Program-made: the position numbers and the translations under genes
The notes under the pieces: generated by a model
Seen by the model: only the letters and a program-made list of their open reading frames with translations
Databases searched by the model: none
What the model was told of the DNA's origin: nothing
Source: Chrysomallon squamiferum
Taxonomy: Eukaryota > Animalia > Mollusca
Reading direction: 5' to 3'
NCBI GenBank assembly: GCA_012295275.1
Contig: CM022670.1
Span: forward strand, 2,294,001 to 2,358,000
Length of the DNA: 64,000 nucleotides
In this document: piece by piece, positions 55,142-64,000 of the stretch
How positions within the stretch are numbered: the first letter of the stretch is position 1
Layout of the letters: every line of letters starts with the position of its first letter

Positions 55142-57647
55142 TTAGTCGCCATTTCCCATCATCATCTGTGTCGTCGTGCCAGGGGTGGTTGTCGCTGGTG
55201 TTGTGCTTAGTTTTTTGAAGAAATTCTCAAAAAAGGTTAGCTGTACATCTTCACTGCATTGTTGAGACAACTCCAGAAAATAATCGAACACTCTGAAAAT
55301 AAATACATTTTATACATCATATAAAATAAAAATCTGTATCTATGAATGATTAATAAACTAGTTTAAGGCTTTAGTCTGTCTATACGTCGATCTGTCTGCT
55401 TTCTCGCTCACTGTTTCTCTCTGTCTCTGTGTATTTATCCGTCTCTCTGCTTATTTCGTTCTGTATCTCTCTTTCTGTCTGTATCTTTTTTTTATTTCTC
55501 TCTCTTTCTCGACATACCTGTATCTGTCTCTGTCTGTACCTCTTTCCCTTTACCTGTCTCTAATTATTTTCTCTCTGTCATTCTGTCACACACAAATAAA
55601 CGTTCTTATAAGCATACCTATAAACTTATCTAGCTCTAAATTACCTACACTCACATACCTATAAACTTATCTAGCTCTAAATTACCTACACTCACATACG
55701 TATACACTTATCTAGCTCTAAATCAAATACACTCACATACCTGTACACTTATCTAGCTCTAAATCACCTACACTCACATACCTGTACACTTATCTAGCTC
55801 TAAATCACCTACACTCACATACCTATAAACTTATCTAGCTCTAAATTACCTACACTCACATACCTGTACACTTATCTAGCTCTAAATTACCTACACTCAC
55901 ATACCTATAAACTTATCTAGCTCTAAATTACCTACACTCACATACCTATACACTTATCTAGCTCTAAATCACCTACACTCACATACCTATAAACTTATCT
56001 AGCTCTAAATTACCTACACTCACATACCTATAAACTTATCTAGCTCTAAATTACCTACACTCACATACCTATACACTTATCTAGCTCTAAATCAAATAAC
56101 GCTTACAGAGACTAAACATTTATTCGTATTTCACTCACCGTGCCGATAGATTGAGAACAGAAGTTTGTGACAAACCAAAGATGTGAAAGAGAGCGCGACA
56201 GTTCTGTTCGTTTGCAATGACGTCACAGAACTGGGGCTGGTCCAGGCATGCTTTGTCTGAACTGTCGTTTGGTAACAGTGTCTGCAGAGACTGTTTGTCC
56301 ACAGACTCGCAGCTCTTTGAGCTCCTGACATTCCAGAGAGATTTCGTGAAGCACTTCCTCACTCTGTCAATGTACGTAAAACCCTGTGAATAAAATGTTA
56401 CAAATGTTATAGTTCTAAGTTACGTGTGTGGTTGAGAAGAAAGATACAGAATGCCAGTATAACCAACAGTCGAAGCTGGAAAGACGTAGTGGATGTGAAT
56501 ATTATATATATCTACCCATATATCAGTCCATCCAGTTATTTATGTATGTATCTAAGTATGTATGTCTATATGTATGTATGTTTGTATGTCTGTATGTCTG
56601 TATGTCTGTTTGTCTGTTTGTCTGTTTGTCTGTCTGTCTGTATGTATGTATGTACATATATGTATGTATGTGTGTATGTATGTGTGAATGTATGTACGTG
56701 TATGTGTGTGTGTGTGTGTGTGTGTCTGCTATATGTTTAACAATACCTGTCTATCAAATTCTGCCTGGTTTATTAAGGAGTTCCTGCAGTACTGTTCCAC
56801 CACTGGTTTCACGTTACAGTTAGACACAGCATCCTGGAGACAGACCGAGTAGAATTCACACGAACCTCTCATAGCCAGCATTACACATATTGGTGTATCC
56901 ATCAGATGACCTGCTCCAGTATTACAGTTATTCATTTATTTATTCATTCATTTATTTATTTATTTATTTATTATTTATTTATTTATTTTACTTTCAGGTA
57001 TCATCACGTTATCATCACTATAATAAACACACGACAGAATTACAATATAAAGGTCACTTCGTCATTAACATAATCATCATTCTCGTACACATCGCTACTA
57101 ATGTTACCAGTACTACTACCGTTGCTGTTATTACTGTTGTTATTGTTCTTATTCTTATTCTTATTTTTATTAGTAGTATTAGTATTATTTCTACAACAAC
57201 GACTTCTACTTCTGCTATTACTACAACTACTGTTGATACTACTGCTACCTCTATTACTACTGCTGCTGATACTACTTCTACTTCTATTACTACAGCTGCT
57301 GATACTACTGCTACTATATAGTAGTAGCAGCAGTAGTAATAAAAAAAAAGGTACACTACATTAATTCTAAAGCCTAACCATCTTCTACCTGTGTTTGGCT
57401 GGGGTGTATTCTGATTCCATGGTTTCTGCGTCACAGCAGGCTGGGGTGTATTCTGATTCCATGGTTTCTGCGTCACAGCAGGCGGCGGCCTCGTTTTCGG
57501 TCTCGTATCTTTGCTACCATCACCTTTTGACATCCACCACAGCGGGTCTCTTCTCGAACCGCGTGGTGGGATGCGACTGTCACCATACAACATGGAATAC
57601 GCTCCCGTAGTGCATGCCACCAGCACCATCCACGTCTGCAAATACAT
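55142..57647 (-). CDS. Stanniocalcin-like secreted protein, 272 aa, 4 exons
   Basis: Exons 57647-57389, 56910-56747, 56383-56139 and 55292-55142 have intron phases 1, 0, 2. Signal peptide MYLQTWMVLVACTTGAYS. The core ICVMLAMRGSCEFYSVCLQDAVSNC...YCRNSLINQAEFDRQ|GFTYIDRVRKCF...SCE...ACLDQPQFCDVIAN...R|VFDYFLELSQQCSEDV aligns with recalled human STC1 (AKFDTQ|GKAFVKESLKC; LLECDEDTV). The exon-2 acceptor (ggagcag) is weak. Confidence 0.82.
55613..56097. repeat. 41-bp minisatellite, about 12 copies, in intron 3 of the stanniocalcin-like gene
   Basis: Unit CATACCTATAAACTTATCTAGCTCTAAATTACCTACACTCA repeats with a 41-bp period (55613, 55654, ...). Few variant positions and no spacers. Confidence 0.95.
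57397..57483. repeat. Perfect 42-bp coding tandem duplication (PAVTQKPWNQNTPQ x2)
   Basis: GGCTGGGGTGTATTCTGATTCCATGGTTTCTGCGTCACAGCA at 57397 and 57439. Confidence 0.95.
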
Positions 57648-57692
57648 GATGGTCGTTCAGATCGTAAATTGTAAAAAAACTCATTTCATACT

Positions 57693-57762
57693 TTTTATAT
57701 ATACATTATACGATCAGAATTAGAACAGGAAGCAATTTGTAATTGGTCAGTCATAAGCCAAT
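57693..57762 (-). promoter_or_regulatory. TATA plus CCAAT core promoter of the stanniocalcin-like gene
   Basis: TATAAAA on the minus strand at 57699-57693, about 45 nt upstream of the ATG. CCAAT boxes at 57746-57742 (-) and 57758-57762 (+). Confidence 0.5.
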
Positions 57763-59560
57763 TAGAATTACATTGAAGGGAAATCCATTTTAAAACAGAT
57801 TTAAAAAAAAGAAAAAACGTAGAAAAAAAGAAGATAGAGTAAATTCACCTTTATGCACACAGCATACAAATGATTTGTAGGAACCAATGAGGGGAAACTT
57901 AGCTGATTTTCAGTGAATGAAATGTTTGTTAAAGGATATTTAAACCTTTGCAGCCTATCATGTTGCTGATACCTAAACACAGTAGCTGAACAGACCGACA
58001 CACTTTCATTTACCAGCTTATGAGTCAAATATAAATTTAAATTATCAGAGCTCATTGTTTAAATTAAACAAATATTCACTACAGAAGAAAAGATTCAAAT
58101 AATGATTGCCAGATGCGGTCTTATGTATGTTTGTAAATTCAGAGAGAATGATTTTGTCAGAATATCTCAAATAATATAAAATTGTTGAAGAAAAATCCCT
58201 GATATATATTATATTGTTTCATATAGTATTTGGAACCTAAATATGTTAAAGATTCGTTTTAAAATGTCTATTCGAATGTGAAACATAAATCAATTTTCTC
58301 CTATATGCCTGTACAACCATTTACCAAATCGGCGGTTTTTATACTGATAAATCTTCTTCGATCAGGACTGCTCTAGAGATTGTCCCTGACAAGACAAGAA
58401 TTAGCTGTTTGTACATGCTTATTAGTGTTACTGGTTGACATTAATTCGTAGCTGTTTTGTTTTTATATTCTAAAGCACTTTGATAGAAAATCTTCACCAA
58501 GTAGTTCATTCACGGTGACACTGAATATCGACTATTTTAATTAAATGAATAAATTTCATACGGATGTATCCCCGACATTTCAATAATTTGCTGGTATTTA
58601 TTCATAAATTTATTAATGTTGTTTTCATCATCATCGTTACTATTATTTTTGTAAGTGTTAACATTATTATTACTGTTATCACTACTGCTGCTACAACTAC
58701 TACTACTGCTGCTACAACAACTACTACTGCTATTACTAGTTTTTATTACTTTTGAATGTATTCTAGAATGTAGCCACTGACGTAGAAGGCGTGTAGTTAA
58801 AGTAAATAATAAACGTCACAGTAAACACTGGTATTTGAAAATGAATTAACATGTTTAATGTTTGGGTGACGTATACCCTTGCTGACCCGGTTAGCTACAC
58901 AGATTAATGCATCGTTAGAAATCAAACCAAATATTTGCGAAATTCAGCTTTGTTATGTAACGTGAGAAACAGGTTCGAATATACTCTTTATCGGTTAAAA
59001 TTGTTTTTTTCTAAAAATCGTTCTTTCATTTTCATTTTAATCTGAGCATCGATCAATGAATGTAGTTAATAGAGCAGTTGGTATATCAGTTTAAATTAAA
59101 CATTTACTCAGCGGAGATGAAACGATAAAAACTGATTATGATGCAGTTCAGTTGCGGACATATTATGCTTTTAAATGGACAGGAAAAGTTGCTCTTCTTT
59201 TTTCTTTCTTTTTTTTTTTTTCCTTTTATTTATGTATTTATTATTATTATTTTATTTTATTATTATATACTTTTTTGATATCTGAGTAAAACACTTGTGA
59301 AAGAAAATTCCTGGACATATACATATATATTATTATATCATATCAAATTATAATCATATTATATTTTATTATATTATTACATTATATTACATTGCATTAT
59401 ATAATATTGTAGAAGCACATTTAAAAATCAAGCAAGATTAGCGTAATATTTAATATAATATTGCTTTACTTACACATTTGTAATCAATAATTAATTTATT
59501 TATTTGACTGTACATTAAATCTGTACATGAATTAAGTAATTCATCCGTTATTTTAATATT

Positions 59561-59597
<37 letters not shown>

Positions 59598-61820
59598 ATA
59601 AGAAGAAGAATTCTCAGTCCTTGTGTTCGGGCTTGAATTCATTTTGTGATACATAAAAGGCATTTTTGGATCCAACAATGAAAACTAAATATTGCATTAG
59701 ATAATGTTCAGCTAGCAGAATCTGTGAAAGAATGGACTATATGTCGAAATGTTAAAAATTATACCTAAAACCTATAGGACAGTATGCCTCGTGAAAACTG
59801 TATGTACCGTGGATCTATCATGAATTTCTGAAAATCTGGTTTGACACCTTTGTTATAGCGGGTATGTTTTTTAATTATTAGCAGTGGTATATCAGTATTT
59901 TTTATTTACGAATTAATGAATATATGAATGTTTAATGACACTCCTGCAGAAAATGTAGATCCGGTGTCAGACACAGATATGAAAATTATTAATAGCAAAT
60001 TAAACAGCAAAATAAAATAAAAATTTCAAAAGTTTTAATTTAAATACATACATGACAGCTAAGTAAAACGTATTTTAACTTAGCCGACATCTCGTTTGTG
60101 GTTAGTTATGTGAAATCATAAAACATGCATTCCTCTGATTTTTTCTTAAGCACGCCGACTTCAGATCATTATATTGCAGATTATAAGTATATTTATCCGC
60201 TGGTCTATGCAAACTTATACTGGATTACACATACATCACTGTCATGATTAATAATCTGGGTTGAAACCAACAGGTTAATTAAGTACATTTATTAAAATCC
60301 GCCACATTGGCGTTATATTTAATAATCTAGGTTTTGACTAGTATTAAAATTAGTTCCGTTGTGATTCATTTGGATCTACATCAGTGAGTCATACTCAGTT
60401 CATTCTAACAGTATTTCATTCTAAAAGCTTTCAGAAAAAGGCTACTCTTTTAAATAATTCTGACTAACAACAATTATCAGTAAAAATTAATTTATTGTTT
60501 AAAAATCTTTTTAATTTTTATTATTATTTTATTTTTTATTATCTAAAACACTTATGAATACACAGAACACAAAGAAACTTAACATTAGAAACAACTTCAT
60601 AATTTAAAAGAAAAGAAAAAATGAAAAAGAAAAAAACAAACTTCACACTTCAAACTGTAAACTGAAAAAAAAGAAGAAAAAAGAATAGACACAATACTTC
60701 AGTATTATCATTTATTAATCAAGCACTTTTTTCTTTTCTCATTTGAAAGACATTTGTTCATTTATAATGGATTTGTGAATTATTAATTGTTATGACTGTA
60801 ATACTTAGATTAATGCAAATGATAAACACATCTTTTGTTAAAATCTATAAAATGTGTAGTCATCAATTTTACACATATAAAGTGTGTGTATTTGTATGTA
60901 AAGAAAAGTTTCATGGTGGATCTGTGTAGACTATCCATGCATATTTGCTTTTTGTAGTCCAAGGTACAGTACATCAACTTAAAAATTATTGTTTAGTCTT
61001 ATATTTGTGTGAACTTCAAAGAATTATTTTTGACTATTCAGAGTTGAAATATTTTGATGCTTTCATTCTACAGAATGTTTATATAACTGATTGTTAGTGT
61101 GTGTGTGTGTGTGTGTTTTGAGAATTAGTTTGCACATATTACAGTTCTTGTTAAATGTATCTGTATGTGTGTGTTTGTGTAAATGTAAACTTCCAAATTT
61201 GTCCTCAGTTAATCACAAATTTATTTGAATTTTAACTACAGGTGCAGCAATTTAGAAAGTACATGATTTTTTTAGTTTATTTTACAAAGTAATTAATTCC
61301 CACATGTCAAGAACAATTCATATAGATTTGCAAATGTAATGAATTTAATTTTGCATGATCATTTTCTATTTACCAAAGTCCTTGTAGCAGATCTGTTGCA
61401 ACCATAAAATTAGTTAGTCATGATAGATTCTGTATAGAGAAGTGTAAATAACAATCATATCAAATACTTGAAAGAGATGGTGTGATTTTATACAATTCAA
61501 AATAAGATCATGCATATTTCTAGCTGTTAAACAGACATTTCCATAAGATCAGTTCTGAAGGAGAATCATATGACAATATGAGACTATTATTAGCTTGAAA
61601 CAACAGTCTGTGGCATTTTTAAACTGAAATTTAGTTTGTTGTACACAGATTTATTCAACCACATGTGCTCTTTTGTTCACCTTTCAGAATATGTATTGAT
61701 ATTTCAGTCGCTTGTGAAATGAAATGACATGCTCAAATGCCTGTTATAGAAAAAACACTGTGAATGTTTATTCCAACCCAATAATCACTTAGTGAAGTTT
61801 GTGGGTTTTACGAGACTGTT

Positions 61821-63483
61821 TCATGATACTCGTGTTAAGAAATAATTAGGATAGAATCGAAGTCCTTCTACTGTCTCATCTCTGCATACTCCTCCAACCT
61901 TCTCTGTTAATAATAACCTGTAATAATAATAGTATAAAACAGTAGTAATAGAATAAAATAACAGTAGTATTAGTAATAATAATAGTACTGTAACTATAAC
62001 AGTAGTAAAAATAATAAAACAGTATTATTAGTAAATTATAATAAAATCTTAATAAAAATAGTAATAACATAAAACTGCTGTAGTAATACTAACAGTAGTA
62101 GTATTAGTAATAACAATATTTAACAATATTACAGAAATAATAATATTTATAACAACTTCAGTAGTAGTAAAGATAATAATAATTACAATAAAAAAAATAT
62201 ATATTATCATTGCTTCTACGTAAATAAAAAAAAACAATGTTATTTCTACAACAAGTACCACTACTACAGTTCAAATTAACACTAATAATTATAATCAAGA
62301 GGACAAAACAAACCTTTCTTTCGCTAATATTACAGACACTCCTATGAGTTGTGCCATTTCTTCTGCTGTTAAGGAATTTTTTTTCTCCACCTTAAAATAA
62401 ATAAATTATAGTTTTTAAAAAACAATTGTGAATTCAGGTATGAAAAGAAAAGCCATGATATCAAGAAAATAAGTTGTTAAATTTCAGCATAAAAAATAAA
62501 CTTTGGAACATGCTACACATTTCTGACAAATGATAAAGTAAAAAGCATGTTTGTTGGAATGTTATGCACAGTTTCTGTTTTTGCTAATTATTAATAATTC
62601 TGAATTTAAAAAAAAAAAAAATGTAAAAAGTTCAGCATATCATCTAAAATAAATAAATATAAAAATAAAAATAAATGAATACCATAATAATAAGACAAAA
62701 ATAAATAAATATGTAAATTAAAAAGTATGTAAGTAAAAAAGTAAATAAATAAAGAAAGAAAGAAATTAAATTTTTAAAATGAAATGTGATATTTGTGCAA
62801 AAATTTATTCAATCACATATGTGCCATTTTGTTCAGCTTTCAAATATCTATATATGCCATACATTTCAGTCACATGTGAAATGAAATCACATGCTCAAAT
62901 GCCACCAACTGAAAAACCCCTCTATAACAATTTATTCCAAGCCAATAAATAACAAACACACACCAATTCACTTGTCTTTGTAATCACTTCTTCCTCATTG
63001 TGAGTTTGAACCTGTAGCACCATCACACCACTGTCAAATGTACGTAACCTAATAAAATATTGTGAAAACAATGTTAATTAAAACACTCATCAATAATGTA
63101 TTGTTAAACAAAGACAGATGTAGCTGACCCATTATATAAAACATAAGTTGGCTGAATGTAAATATAATCAGACACAGAGGTACATTAGGATACTGTAACT
63201 GTAAAACATGGTGAAAAAAAAAACACCAAAAAAAAAAAAAAAAACCCACAGAGGATCAAGTCTAATATTTTATCTTTTATTTTTGTGTGTGTGTGTGTGT
63301 GTATTAATATATACACACACATTTATTTAAATCTACCAAGCAGGACAGTTACACTCACAGTTGTAAGACTAGAAACACAAACATATCACACTGATAAAAT
63401 TTGGTTTAGAATTATTACCTGACTGGTAATCGTAATAACTCCATTAATTCACAGCTGTGTAAGAGATCTTCAGGCGACAACAA
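61821..63483 (-). CDS. VPS36: Vacuolar protein-sorting protein 36 (ESCRT-II); last four coding exons, 5'-partial
   Basis: Exons 63483-63419, 63048-62964, 62390-62314 and 61917-61821 give [22 protein letters not shown]|[28 protein letters not shown]|[26 protein letters not shown]|[31 protein letters not shown]. This matches the VPS36 C-terminal winged-helix region ([21 protein letters not shown], [14 protein letters not shown]). Confidence 0.95.
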
Positions 63484-63559
63484 CTGCAAATTTATGAAGT
63501 GAAGTAAAAAAAAAGATTAAATAAAAAATAAAGTCAACTTGCATATAACCTACCTAATA

Positions 63560-63590
<31 letters not shown>

Positions 63591-64000
63591 ATTTAAAAAA
63601 AATTAAAATAATTAAAATAAATATAGAAGAAAAAAAGAAAATTAAAAATAAGAAAAAAAGATTAATCAGTAAATAATATAAATCTTGTAAAGTACAGATC
63701 AAAGATAAAAATATTATAGTACATATCCATTCAAGATATTATAATGAATAAAAATGTACTTCTGATTATAATGATGAGTCAATACACAAAAGAATAATGT
63801 AAAAAAATATTCAATAATTTTGTTAAGCACACAAATACTACCATGTGTAAATTTGCTAATTTTGTTTACTTTTGCTTTATACCAAGATAATCAATAAAGA
63901 ATTGTTTGCTGTGATAACCTCACAAGAGAAAGGAACATAACAGAATAATAAAAAATAAAAATTAAATTATATATAGAATTATGGGAATAAGAATACTGAA

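Noticed and set aside
55613-56097. CRISPR-like array
   Set aside because: Contiguous tandem units with no unique spacers, no cas genes, and a eukaryotic intron context.
56426-57388. Plus-strand ORFs (131 aa, 143 aa and others) and the Val/Ile-rich tail of the 197-aa minus ORF
   Set aside because: Low-complexity intronic simple repeats. The real exon 1 ends at the 57389 donor.

Overview
AT-rich, microsatellite-rich, intron-containing animal DNA. It is probably from a gastropod mollusc, which is an inference from gene content and repeat types. Most ORF-track calls are artefacts, so I rebuilt genes by hand from GT-AG junctions with consistent phases. (1) A divergent rhodopsin-like 7TM ORF (-, 756 to beyond position 1) appears to lie inside a >21 kb intron of (2) cytoplasmic arginyl-tRNA synthetase RARS1 (-, coding exons 1-10 at 27384-21796; the rest not found in the window). 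(3) AKAP17A/SFRS17A (+) sits head-to-head with RARS1 across a short bidirectional promoter. (4) A decayed Tc1/mariner transposase. (5) A complete 8-exon anion-selective Cys-loop channel (-) with a rewired agonist site and an intracellular CxxCH motif. (6) A 2-exon fragment of an unrecognised small Cys-containing protein (-). (7) A complete 4-exon stanniocalcin-like secreted protein (-) with vertebrate-like intron phases. (8) The last four exons of VPS36 (-). CpG density, judged by eye, switches between the housekeeping genes and the 34-60 kb channel/stanniocalcin block. No database searches were possible, so family calls rest on recalled motifs.
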